Positions 12,245 to 24,180 of a stretch of DNA of 64,000 nucleotides are shown here, one piece after another (positions within the stretch are counted from its first letter, which is position 1; each line of letters starts with the position of its first letter). The notes below the pieces were generated by a model. It did no database searches. It worked only from the letters and a program-made list of their open reading frames with translations, and was not told the origin of the DNA. The stretch lies in assembly GCF_902459465.1 (NCBI RefSeq), contig NC_047076.1, forward strand, positions 8,370,001 to 8,434,000. Reading direction: 5' to 3'. A program made the position numbers and the translations under genes. The stretch comes from Asterias rubens. Lineage: Eukaryota.

Positions 12245-12297
12245 TTCCCAAGATGCATTGCGGTACGTATTTCTAAGATGGCGTATGTGCGCATGCG
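12245..12297. promoter_or_regulatory. Cluster of ZNF143/Staf-, YY1- and NRF1-like motifs (housekeeping-type promoter candidate)
   Basis: TTCCCAAGATGCATTGCG (12245), AAGATGGCG (12275) and TGCGCATGCG (12288) within 53 bp in a CpG-enriched patch. Confidence 0.4.
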
Positions 12298-12555
12298 AAG
12301 TTGGTGACGGTGCGTCCCGACCTTTATGTGGATTGAACAAAAAAAGGACCAGACTGTTTTACTATCAGCCACACTGTTGTTGTTATTCGCTCATTATGCT
12401 TCTAATAGAATGGGAAACAAAGATGCGTATTCTCGTGCAAATAATGATATCACGCACTGTCAACGAGATGTTGGCGTGATACCTCCAAAGCAAGGAGAGC
12501 TTGCACAAAGTAGGCCTTGCTCAAGGTATTGGAGTTGTCTGTTAAAAACATAGAC

Positions 12556-13013
12556 TTAAAGGCACTGGACACGTTTGGTAATATTGCCAAAACCATTCAT
12601 GCCAACATATGCATAAAGTAACAAACCTGTGGAAGTTTGGGCTCAATTGGTCTTCGAAGTTGCAAGGGAACAATGAAAGAAAAAACACTCTATTGTTGCA
12701 CATCCCTGTGTGCTTTCAGGTGCATTGAAGCCTTTATTTGAGTGAGAAATTACCTCTTTCTAAAAAACGAAGTTACTTCAGAGGGGCCGTTTCTCATTAT
12801 GCTTTATAATAATTATCAATGGGAGACTTTTGAACGCTAGGTGGCAGCAGACTTACCAGGTAAATGTCCATTTCAGCCTGCGCACATTACCGAAAACAAT
12901 GGATTTTACCTGGTAAGTCTGCTGCCACCAAGCGTCCCAAAAGTCTCTTATTGCTCGTTACATACATTTTTATGCCAACAACTATTTTGAGTAATTACCA
13001 ATAGCGTCTTTAA
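12556..13013 (+). mobile_element. Family A-related MITE with a nested TIR element
   Basis: TTAAAGGCACTGGACACGTTTGG ... AATTACCAATAGCGTCTTTAA, interrupted at 12817-12953. Confidence 0.75.
12817..12953. mobile_element. Long-TIR fold-back element (AATGGGAGAC family)
   Basis: ~55-bp TIR containing GGTGGCAGCAGACTTACCAGGTAAA. Other copies at 29453-29601 and 56383-56683. Confidence 0.85.
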
Positions 13014-13644
13014 CCTTTCGATGAGCGACATACTTTTGTACTCCTTTTAAACGTGAAATTAAAACTCCCAATTAATACCCCCCTTTGGTCAGGCCGGATT
13101 GTATCGCAAGTCAGTGGACCAGAAGCAGCTTAGCTTAATGAAATGTTGTTCTCCTTCCCTACGTACTTGTAGTATCATTGTCCACACAATAATGTAATAT
13201 GTTTGTTTACATATTACAACCCCTATTTATCAATATCGTAGGGTCTTTAAAAGTCAGTGTGTATAAACTCTTTATTTGATAAGTTTAATAGACTTGATGA
13301 TTTTAGCAAGCGTGCTATTTTGTACTGGAGCGTGAAGACATGCACATCCGACACGGTTTGCACACGATAGGTTGAGTGTAGAAACTCTGCAGTGTCCTAT
13401 TATGTACATAATTGTGGTTATGGTTGGCTCATGTTGAAACACGTTACAAACTGCAAATGCTTCATAAAGCATGACAATTTGGTCAAGATGTCATTTTACC
13501 ATATTAATTCTACATGGGAGGTGCATTCGACCCTTTTTTCACGCTGGTTGGGAACCCTGAATGAAATGGCGATCATATTACGGTTAAAGCATAAGAGCCT
13601 GACTATTTTTTGAATGGTATTGTACACTGTACCATCGACATTTT

Positions 13645-13797
13645 TGGGCATTTCCCAAACCTCGGTTTAGGCTTCGTCTCCCCGTCCGGCTCCGTTTGAG
13701 ACACACTGTACAAAATGTACACTACACCGCATAGTACTTAATGACGGAGCCCATCAAAGCCGGAGACGGAGCTCAAGCCGAGGTTTGACAAATGCCA
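13645..13797. mobile_element. Short TIR element
   Basis: GGCATTTCCCAAACCTCGGTTT ... AAGCCGAGGTTTGACAAATGCC imperfect inverted ends. Confidence 0.65.
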
Positions 13798-14108
13798 CGA
13801 AACTGGGCTGGATTTTGAAAAGGAGCTTGCATTGATATAAACTGTTAATCAATCTTAATTGGCTGTTAGCAAAGTGTGGTGAATCGACATCTCATTCCAA
13901 GATGGGGAAAAATAAGATGTATCTTGTAAATTTTAGATATAAGCGAACATGGGCAGGACTCAAGTCACAGATAGAGACATGGACTTTTGGATGGTAACCC
14001 TATTCTGGTACAAAGTATAATTCATGCTGTGCGTAATGATATGAAATTTCCACTATAAAAAAAAACCTGGTTTCAAAAACCAGCAGTTTATACAACCAAT
14101 GCTGCATG

Positions 14109-14482
14109 TTAAAGGGAAGGTACACTATTGGTAATTGTCAAAGACCAGTGTTCTCATTTGGTGTATCTCAACATATGCATAAAATAACAAACCTGTGGAA
14201 ATTTGAGCTCAATTGGTCATCGGAGTTGGGAGAAAATGATGAAAGAAAAAACACTCTTGTTGGACGAATTTGTGTGCTCAAGATAGGAATAAAAGACTTC
14301 TAGCTAGAAGTATTTTATTATTTCAGTAGCAAATTACCTCTATTTCAATATCTATGCTACTTCAGAGGGAGCTGTTTCTCACAATATTTTATACTGCCAA
14401 CAGCTCTCCAATGCTTGTTACCAAGTCAGTTTTTAAGTTAATATTTGTTTTGAGTAATTACCAAACGTGAACCTTCCCTTAA
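14109..14482 (+). mobile_element. Kolobok-type MITE, AGGGAAGGTACAC subfamily
   Basis: TTAA TSDs; TIR AGGGAAGG..CAC; near-identical internal sequence to 60049-60424. Confidence 0.88.
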
Positions 14483-14559
14483 ATAAACGTCATTTCAAAG
14501 CTTAATACATTCAGAAACAATGTTGGCAATACATATTGTGTAACATGACATCAAATGAC

Positions 14560-14716
14560 TGCGAATGTCTCTGGTGGCGAAGTGCCACCAGCGGGCACCG
14601 ACTTAGCTTGACTCGGAGAAAGCAAAAACAATGCCCCTGTGGTCGGGATTTGAACCCACACATCTAACGGCTCATCTGTCAAACGGTGAACGTGCCAAAC
14701 CATTCGGCCGTAACAC
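14560..14716 (-). mobile_element. tRNA-derived SINE head
   Basis: Minus strand A-box-like TACGGCCGAATGG and B box GGGTTCAAATCCC, followed by non-tRNA sequence. Confidence 0.5.
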
Positions 14717-15786
14717 TCAACAACTGGGTGGGAAATGAAAACGTGGGCACAACAGCTGCGCTGATACGACTTGCAATAAGTATCACCACAAAATTGTCTC
14801 ATCCGGAAACCATTTATCTATGGAATGGTAATTTAATGTGATTCACTTGAACCTGGACCATTTTGTTCAAGGAATGGTGAATATCAATCCCCCATGTCGT
14901 CAGAGGTCAACACTCCTGTCTAAAAGTTTTGATGGCAAACATTTTAAAGTTTGACGTTTATTTCTATAAGTTTTTCTGACAAGTCGGAGAGAGTAACTTA
15001 TTTGGCATTTTCCGATATTGATCCCATAGGAATGGGTTACTTCTATGAAATAATATAGTACAAATAACGCCGAAGTCTTTTAGAGCACGTAGGGAACGTC
15101 AATGCGCTTAGTATAAGGTTTTCTTAGAATCAACAGAATTCTAGTAGAATAGTAGAAAGCTTCCCTTAAAATATTACTTGTTGAGGTGCTGTAGTTTAAT
15201 TGAGAAATGAGTAAAACAGTCAGGCCTGAAAACAATGTCACGAAAATTATCTGAGTCTCAGTTTTTGCTTATGTAAAAACGATATACCCAGTTACTGTAT
15301 TTAACAAATAACTACCATAACTGATCAATAAGTTTTATAAACAATGCAAAAAGTTTTCGTCTCTCTGAGAGTCGGACGAACATTATTTTTGTGGCTTGTT
15401 TTTGTTTCTCATTTCTCAAAATCTACACCATCATTATCTTTAACCTGAGTAAGTCAAGTGTAAATCTGTGGACATTATGTTTTGTGTTAGACAAAGGTAT
15501 AACCCACATCCTTTAAGCAATACTTTTATGTGCTTAACAAGTTTTTGTGCTCACAGGCTTTATGAAAATGGGCCCTGGACTATCAACTTTATACAGCTGA
15601 TGGATGAAAACACACACTTCCTAAAAAAAACCTAATTATTGCTGAGCATAACATTATGTTTCGGGTTTAAGGTTTACCCATCACCCCATCCAGCCTCGCC
15701 TCTTGGGAGAAACCCAGACCAGGCAGGGCAATGGATGACCCTTGGTAAGACATGTCTTGCTCGGGGTGCTTGCTTGGGAAGAGGTT

Positions 15787-16110
15787 TTAAAGGCATTGAA
15801 CACTATTCAAAATAAGTGTTGGCATAAAACCTTACTTGAAAGAGCAATGGTGAGCTGTCGTGGAACATGTAAGAAACGGCCTAACATATAGAGTTTAAGA
15901 CCTCTATGCTATGAAGAAACGTAGTTTTTGAGAAGGGTTATTTCTCACTAAAATATTAAAAGACCTATTGTATTTATTGGCATCTGAAAGGAAACAAAAT
16001 TGGCACAACAATGCTGTTTTTCTTTCATCATTCTCTGCAACTTCGTTTACCAGTTGAGTCAAAAAAATTACAGATTTGTTGCATAATGTTGAGGTTCACC
16101 AATGAGTTTT
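15787..16110 (-). mobile_element. Old degenerate family A-related MITE
   Basis: TTAAAGGCATTGAACAC start and recognisable internal blocks. Confidence 0.6.
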
Positions 16111-17918
16111 AACGCGCCTTCTTTATGATGTCTCTTTTCGTATCTTCGGGCCAACGTTTCAGTGCTATGGCCTCTTGATGATTCTTTTGCTTTTGTTTTA
16201 TTGTAAATACATGTATTTACAATACAGAAAGCAGAAGCTTTGTTACATTCTCTGATGAATACAAGACGTTATTATGTAGACGTCCGTGTACACTTAAACT
16301 CAAGCTAACTGTAAAAGATATTAACACAGCGTGTTTATAACAAACCTTCGTAAAAGTAAGAAGACTGAATGATGAAACCTAAAGGCGTTTGTTTCCTTTA
16401 AGTATTCGCCAAGGAAGCATGACTTGACTTGATTAATAGGCGAGATGACGCGATGCGTAATAACTGTCATGCCCGTATATAATTAGATAGAAGTCTACCA
16501 TTAGGGAAATATGAAGGGTTTTAACTTCAAACAGATTTTGCTAAACTGTACATTGTGTGCGCCAAGGTTAGAGTGAAAAATCATGTGTAAATTACTGGGG
16601 GACAAGAGATATGAATGAAAGCATGGCATCGAATTTTGCAAAAGAAGAAGAAAAATAGCTTTCTAAATACCAATTTCAATTCTTAAAGTCAAAACTTGAT
16701 ACCAACCCCTTTAGATGTCTATTTAGCGTTCTTTACACAAAACATACAAAGTTGTTAATAAATTGTATTTTCTTTTGTTAAAACATGAAGTAAATGTCAA
16801 TTGATTCCATCCGGGCTCGAACCGGGGACCTTTTGATTGTACGAATGTTATACACTACACTGCAACACCGATGATGTAAATTTTAACACCCAGTATCGGC
16901 AGTGTACGGAATTGGTGTAATAATTCACAATAGCAAAAACATAAATGTAACCAAATGATTGTTAATTTAACATCCTTAATGTGATACCTCATTCTTTCGT
17001 GTTTTTTTCTTTTAACTGTTAACCCAACCTTAGAAATTGTTGTCTCACTCAGACAGAAATCGAGTTACATTATGGATACTATTTTAACAACAAAATAAAT
17101 TATTGTCCCATCCCAGCCTGTCTGCCTTACAAATTAAATGGCACAGAACCGTTACAGACAATTTGTTAACCATTCGGTGTGGAACTCATACATGGCTATG
17201 AATGTCAACTAATCCAGTTAGTTCAATCATGGAGGAAGGAAGAGAAGGAGTTCGAACAAAGGGACTTCAAAAGTCGAACCCGTGGTACCGCGGTCGTTTA
17301 ACGACACGTCGTAATCACCCACATACCTTACCAAACAATGTGCGACCTGCCGTGTGTGAGTTTGCGCATGCACACTTGGTTCTTCACCAAACTATGGCGT
17401 CGTATGTCGTATGGATATAATAAAGGGAAAACTACTTTTGTTGAGACGCGATAACATTTTTGGACGCTACCGGACACCTAATCGATGAACATAATATTGA
17501 ATACCAACCACCCTCGTGTGCTTATACCAAAATTTTGATCCACCGCTAGTGACCGGAAAGTTGCAAAAAATGTAAAAATATGCTATGATATTTCCATGTA
17601 AACACCACAAACGGTTAATGAAAACGCGTGTATTCACAGTTCTTGTCTCCAATGATTCAACTTTACACGAAGGCAACGGTGCAGAGCGGCGGTACCACGG
17701 GTTCTGTACAAAGAGATCTAATCCCGCTCGTTAATCGGCCGTCCAGCTGGAGGTCTACTATCTTTTTCCACTGGTCAGACAGGTGCATTGTCAGGGTATT
17801 CTTTTGTTACTCTGCGGTTTTGCGGGTCGTTCGAGCTCCTCCTCTTCCTTCCTCCATGGTTATCCACGCCGCGGATCGTACGTCAAAAGAGGGCGCGTTT
17901 AGAAGTTACAGTTTGTTC

Positions 17919-18070
17919 ATAGGCCTTTTTGAAACCACGGCTTCGGCTTTGGATTCGGCTTGGGGCTCCGTTCTCTCGTCTGAAGCCCTGAGCTCGTACA
18001 CAAAGCCACGCAATAATTGTCAAAACAAACGCGGGCCAAGTTAGCCTGAGCTGAATCCAAAGCCGAAGCC
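17919..18070. mobile_element. TIR element (ATAGGCCYTTTT..AAACCACGGCTTCG family)
   Basis: GGCTTCGGCTTTGGATTCGGCT / AGCTGAATCCAAAGCCGAAGCC inverted repeat. Fuller copy at 49305-49482. Confidence 0.8.
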
Positions 18071-18187
18071 TAAAAGAACAGGGTGGTCGCGTTTAGATAT
18101 CGCCGACAATCCGAAGCGAGAATAATCTTACAGTCATAGTTATCAGATTAAGTGGGGCATTATAACTGGTATCTTTCACATAACCAC

Positions 18188-18285
18188 TTAAAGGAACACG
18201 TTGCCTTGGATCAGTCGAGTTGGTCTTTGAAAAGCATTTGTAACCGTTTGTTATAAAATGCATATGATTAGAAAGATATATTATA
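18188..18285. mobile_element. Truncated Kolobok-type MITE (AGGAACACGTTGCCTTGG family)
   Basis: Matches the left end of the element at 46191-46517. Confidence 0.65.
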
Positions 18286-18365
18286 CCTGTTTTAGATGTA
18301 GTGGGCGAACACCATAACTATTAGGTAAAACTTTACCCAACGGGCGTTGGGTAATATCTTGCTTA

Positions 18366-18608
18366 ATAGCTGTGTAAAAGTTTACATAAATATTGGGTAG
18401 TTTTCTTTACTGAATTGTTCGGTAAACCCACTCATGTAAAATATTACTTAATTGTGACGTAAGACTTTACCGCTTTACAATGTAAATAGTTGTGTAAAAC
18501 TTTACATCAATATTGGGTATTTTTGTTTACTGAATTGCTGGGTATAAATCCACTCATGTAAAATAATTACCTAATTTTGAAGTATAGATTTTACCGATTT
18601 TTAATGTA
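18366..18608. repeat. Diverged ~119-bp tandem duplication (subterminal repeats)
   Basis: AATAG(C/T)TGTGTAAAA..TTTACAT.AATATTGGGTA...TTTACTGAATTG...CCACTCATGTAAAATA occurs twice. Confidence 0.75.
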
Positions 18609-18888
18609 AACTGTGTGCCTTTAAAACTGGTAATAATATACACAATGCTTGTGTTGAATACTAGCAAAGTGTTATTTCATGGAGTTTAGGGCTGTAATAA
18701 ATGGACACATCATAAATACTGAGACTTGGCGACTACAACATGAATTTCAAGATAACAACTTTTTAATAAAAATTTAATGGTAATAACATTAACAATCCAA
18801 AACATCACATGTGCAAAATGGGGTTTTCTGTATGTTTCATAATCAGTCAACAATTTCAGTGAATTTAAAAAATTACAAAAAATCTACC

Positions 18889-19935
18889 TAATTGGCAAGG
18901 TCAGAAAAAATACTTCCAGGCTAACACAGTTTAAACTGTAAGGTTGTTCCATAAATCAAAACTATCACAACTATCACATCTCTTATGATTTTTATTGCAA
19001 ACAATTTGTGCAAGAACTTCTTTAACTACAATGCTTATGGAATGGTCAAATTACATTAATTGGCAAGGTCAGAATAAATACTTCCAGGCTAACACAGTTT
19101 AAACTGTAAGGTTGTTCCATAAATCAAAACTATCACAACTATCACATCTCTTATGAGGTTGTTCCATAAATCAAAACTATCACAAGCTTATGACGATGAA
19201 ATAATTTAGCTCATACCAATTAGTAAACACAAAGGAAACTGTATTTATTCATCATTAATATTGATATTGTCGAAAACTAACGCCTTCGCATTTAATTAGT
19301 TTGAGCATTGAGTCAGATTAAAGCCTTGAAAAGCTATTGTGTCCATTTTATCCTTACAAAAAAATATTTGAGAGCCGATTATTGTTCCCAATGGGAGCTT
19401 GTACTTTTATACAAACATTACCGAAAGGGTAAAAAATTGTGCATAAATATTAAGCTATCTTTTAAAAATTGAACTACGATTCCAGTTATTTACTGCAAGA
19501 ATCTTGAAAAATTGGTTTTCAGAAACTCGGGCGGTGCAGGGACTAGAGGGTTAACTACAGTGCTTCTGGAATGGTCAAATTACATTGATTGGCAAGGTCA
19601 GAATAAATACTTCCAGGCTAACACAGCTTAAAGAAGAACTCCAAGGTAAAAATTCAATTTTGAGTTTGAACAATTTGTATGGGGAATTATTGGTTTATCC
19701 TCATTGTCGCTAAGCAATCAAAACGGCGTTGAATTTGACATTTTGACAAATTTGACAAAACTGGAAGGGTGTTACAAATTTGAATTTGACCTTTGAGTTC
19801 CTATTTAAACTGTAAGGTTGTTCCATAAATCCAAACTATCACAACTATCACATCTCTTATGATTTTGATACGTATTTGCAAACATTTTGTGCAAGAACTT
19901 CTTTAACTACAATGCTTATGGAATGGTCAACATTA
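18889..19935. repeat. ~169-bp unit in about 3 partial copies
   Basis: ATTGGCAAGGTCAGAA.AAATACTTCCAGGCTAACACAG... near 18891, 19060 and 19589. Confidence 0.85.
19632..19804. mobile_element. 173-bp TTAA-flanked MITE inserted in one copy of the 169-bp unit
   Basis: TTAA duplicated on both sides; imperfect TIR AGAAGAACTCCAAGGT / ACCTTTGAGTTCCTAT. The empty site ACACAGTTTAAACTGTAAGG survives in the other two copies. Confidence 0.8.
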
Positions 19936-19945
19936 ATCAGATGCA

Positions 19946-20213
19946 TCATGAGATGAACAGTAAGCCCTGAACTCTCGAATAGTGCTGCTCTTCACACCGC
20001 CTTTGAGTTCAAACACAACCAATTCAATGAACTCCCAAACGCCAGAACACTTCTCCTGGTAGCTCAAGTCGAAGACAAAATGTGTTTTGAAACACACATC
20101 CAGTGCTTTCACAAGGGATGACTGTTCAAATGCATTTGCTCAAAAATTACGAACACTTGCTGTGGAGCCAGTGCAGACCCACCTAGTATCAGCATGGTTG
20201 CGATCTGGTGCCC
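19946..20213 (-). pseudogene. Frameshifted last exon of a SAMD3-like / CACTA accessory protein
   Basis: GHQIATMLILGGSALAPQQVFVIFEQ, then a 1-nt deletion, then NAFEQSSLVKALDVCFKTHFVFDLSYQEKCSGVWEFIELVVFEL...stop. Acceptor ttatgcag. The family resemblance is from memory, not from a search. Confidence 0.6.
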
Positions 20214-21297
20214 CTGCATAAAGGGGCATAAAGGGGAATAATATTAAACACAATAGGTTAAATTTCAATGGGGGTGCAGTACAAATTGTATGACACGTGT
20301 ATATTGTCTGTAATGAACTTAAAGTATTGTAATATTACAATTAAACCAATTTTGCTGTAAAATAATGATTTAATCTGATTGTCTTAAGGATGGGGTACAC
20401 ACAATGTCAGATTAAATCATTATTTTATATCAATAGTGGTTTAATTATCATATTACAACACTTATAGATCAATAGAGACAACGTTCCAGTACTGCAATGT
20501 ATGTGCAATACAATTTGTACATGATGTACATGCACATAAATTTAAAAAAGTACAAATACAAATTGAAATAAAATAAAATAAATAAACAAATACATAGGGG
20601 CTTAAAAAATAAACAAATCAACAAAAGGTTCAGTGATGGAGACTTGCAGTTCTGGAATAAGGTGATAGGATCCCAGGAGGAGAGATAATTTTGGTGCTAT
20701 ATATGCAATCCCACATAACAGTAGGCTACCTGAATACTTTGATTTTTCTTGATCTTTATCTGATTTTTCTTTTTGTTCTTTTTCTTTCGTCCTTTTTTTT
20801 GTGTGGGGGGGGGTGAGAATTCTTGAATAATTTCTTTAACAGGTTAAAATAAACAAAGGGTAGATGTGTTTGTGCGATTCCCCTCTCCCAGAATTTGCAT
20901 TTTAAGTCAGTTGTATCATTTGTCAGTATCTTGTAAAGACAAAATGTTGAAAATGTTGATTGTTCTTCTGAACAAATGAGAGATTAAAGTTAGCCCAATC
21001 ATTGGCCTGATGCACCGTGGCTGTATGCAGTGGTGGTGCTTTAACACAGTGGCGATGTACATGTGTACAATGGTCTTCAACGATGCATGCTGTACGTGGG
21101 TGCACAATACGGGGACCATTGATCAGACCTACGTATGTATTTTGTGATATTCAAGTCACTGTTCAAAAGTGTTGTCAGTCAAAATATGACGTTCAACTGT
21201 CCCTTTATCTGTGCTAACTCGTGCTAACGAGTCGTGTATAGTCTATCACTACAGATAATAACATCAATACAGAAATCTGTTATAGTACTTACCTTCA

Positions 21298-21356
21298 AAC
21301 GTCTCAACTAAATGAGGGAAGTTCCACTCAAGAAGTTTTTTCCTTCATGAGATCCA
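21298..21356 (-). pseudogene. Probable first exon of the same accessory gene (SAM-domain-like start)
   Basis: MDLMKEK, an extra A in a 6-A run, then LLEWNFPHLVETFE followed by donor G|GTAAGT. Confidence 0.4.
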
Positions 21357-23798
21357 TTTCGTTACGTTGTGTGTGGTTACACTGTGGTACTGCAGAGCGC
21401 GACCCCAGCAGACAAGTCACATGCTGCGTATTTTGCACAATACTTGAGTAAAATATCGTGGTTTACTAAACACCATGTAAACTTTTACAACCAGTTCAGT
21501 AAAATTTGCATAATATGTGTTTAAAGTTGCTAAGTTATGTAAACTATTAGTTTTACTAACTATTTGAGTAGTTTTTTATTTACACAAACATTTTGTTTAA
21601 ATTTTTCATTAATTTTTACTTATGTTAAGTATTTTTTTACTTAACACATTTAACATAATTTTTTTTTACCATTCTTTTTCTGAGTGTAGTGACCGAAGTA
21701 TGCCAGTACATGTGCTTTTATTACACACCTCGGAATAAAATATGAAATAAGAAAGAAGAAAAAAAAAATCAGGGTTTTACTACTCTGTTTCTATTCAGCA
21801 TTTAACCTATGAGTAATATTATATCAAAGCGATAAAAGGAACGCATTTATTTTCCCCGGATTCATTTTTTGTTGCTGTCCACGGTTCACGTCATGGGAGG
21901 GCGCTGTACCAGTCAACCAGCTCTGGGGAGCAATTTTTTTCCGTAGAATAAAATTGCCATCCTGAAAAAACTTCCCTTTGTGTTAAGGATTCCTTTTTTT
22001 ATTGATTAAGAAGAGCAAAATTTCCCCATTTTTAAAAGCATAATACGGAACCAAGGTAAAACAAATAAGACAAAATACCCTGCGGGCTAAATTCATCTCG
22101 TTATTCCTGAAAAAAGCCTCTCTGTATTTATATGAATTAATTTAATTTCAATAAGAAAAAAAGTTTTTAACATTTACTTTTTCTCATAGTAGGTCCCTAA
22201 CAGCTTGGTTGTATGTGATATTTTCTACTGAACGCTAAGTGAAAAGGAGTCGCTCTATAGCGAGCCTGTGTTCCGGAGTTAACGTCAAACATACCGATAG
22301 AGTTTATTTCAAACCCTTATTTGGCGGTTGTAAGCTATGTCTACTGTGTGGGGGAGACACCTTGATTTAGGCTTTCCGATGGTATCAAAGTTGTTCAAAT
22401 CCAATATTATTGTGTGAGTGATTTTACCGTTTTTACTTTGCATTTGTCTCGTTGACAGCTCTGTGTACAAACAATCCCGTTGAAGAAGCTTTTAGGAACG
22501 TTCGGAGCTTCCCCACTTGCTGTTCAAGTTCATTGAACCTGGTTCATTTTTGAATCTGTAAAATTGGTGGACAAAGATGCTGACGAAGGTTCGGCCAATT
22601 TTAGAACAACATTAACATCAAGGTAAGCAATAATAACAAATGTAACATTGGAAAATGAATCAAACTAATAACTCCCGGCCGCTGTGGCATGAGATTCTGA
22701 TTCTGCCCCATCTCCTGCCAAGTACGGCAACTGTGTACATTTATATCATAGAGTTATACTCACGGCTCTGATTATACTTCTTCTGTAGCGCCCTCTCTTG
22801 AATAATCCTCCTCCAGCCCACGTTCATTTCCCGTGGGAAATCTCCGGAGGACATAATTCCCTGGGACACCGCCACCTCTGCGAACCGCATATCTCATGTT
22901 TACCGAAAGAAAATTGATTAAACATACACTAAATAGTACAAATATAGTGTTCATATAATGAAATACTAGAATGCTCATCCTCGATAAAGGTAAAGCTTAA
23001 AAGGTTTTGAAATCATGTATATAAAATTATAAAGTACACAAGATTCATCTGGTGAACAAGATGATGATGAAGGTTTGGTCAATTTTAGAATGTCACCCAG
23101 AGCGGGAAATAAAAATAAGAACGTTGGAGAACACACACAATTAAAAACTAGATTGTTGTTAATTTTCTTTTGCCAAACTATTTCAACAACCTCTGGAAAT
23201 GTTATGAGCTTCAAAACAAAAGAAAGTATAAAATCAACATCACTGGCTGCAGTACACAACGCAGCATTCGTGTAAATCTGACAGGGGTCGGGCATCGCAG
23301 GGTTTTAAAGTGTCGGGTAAAGCAATTCACATGTGCCACACTGCAAAACTGCATGAAATGTTCGCGTGACTATTAATATAGCGTGTGAACCGTTTTACCA
23401 AAAACGATAATCTAAAACATATTCTTCTTATTTACGAGGCTTTCGATTACCAATATGATTATAATCATTGTAATTTATGATTTTAACCTCTTATAGACCT
23501 CATGCGAATAACGCAATTTAATTGTTATGTTCACACTCCACAAATCAATTATTAGTCGTCATCTCGCTACAAAAACACCATCGGGGTGGCGAGAAATAAT
23601 TAATTGCAACCGGTCATTGTGTTTCATATTTCACCCTCGTCAAGTGTGTCCGCCCCCCCCCCTGCTCAAGCCTGATGCATCCAGAAATTCTCTCTTTATT
23701 AGCAAAACAAAAATAAATCCCTCCCTCCTTTTGGAAACCCATTGTGATTCCCCCAAGGCATTGAAGCTTGCGCGGCTTGCGTTAATTGAAGGTGGTCT

Positions 23799-24180
23799 TT
23801 AAAGGCAGTGGACACTATTGGTAATGACTCAAAATATTTATTAGCATAAAACCTAACTTGGTAACAAGTAATGGGGAGAGGTTGGTAGTATAAAACATTG
23901 TGAGAAACGGCTCCCTCCGAAGTGGAGTAGGTTTCGAGTGAGAAGTAATTTTCCACGAATTTGATTTCGAGACCTCAAGTTTAGAATTTGAGGTTTCGAA
24001 ATCAAGCATCTGAAAGCACACGACTACGTGTGACAATGGTGTTTTTTCTTTAATTATTATCTTGCAACTTCGACGACCGATTGAGCTCAAAATTTCACAG
24101 GCTTGTTATTTTACATGTTGAGATACGGCAAGTGAGAAGACTGGTCTTTGACAATTACCAATAGTGTCTACTGTCTTTAA
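23799..24180 (-). mobile_element. Family A MITE
   Basis: TTAA TSDs and TIRs; followed by a G13 run. Confidence 0.9.

Larger units (their letters stand above)
18320..21686 (-). mobile_element. Decayed CACTA/EnSpm-like element
   Basis: Minus-strand terminus TA|CACTCAGAAAAAGAAT at 21686; AT-rich subterminal repeat fields at both ends; internal gene remnants. The opposite terminus was not found. Confidence 0.5.

Noticed and set aside
16148-16290. Two hammerhead-like fragments (minus GAAACGTTGG; plus CTGATGA..TGTAGACGTC)
   Set aside because: Each lacks part of the catalytic core and has no stem I; at best decayed remnants.
16808-16862. tRNA-like B box (GGTTCGAGCCC on minus)
   Set aside because: No cloverleaf can be formed; SINE or tRNA debris.
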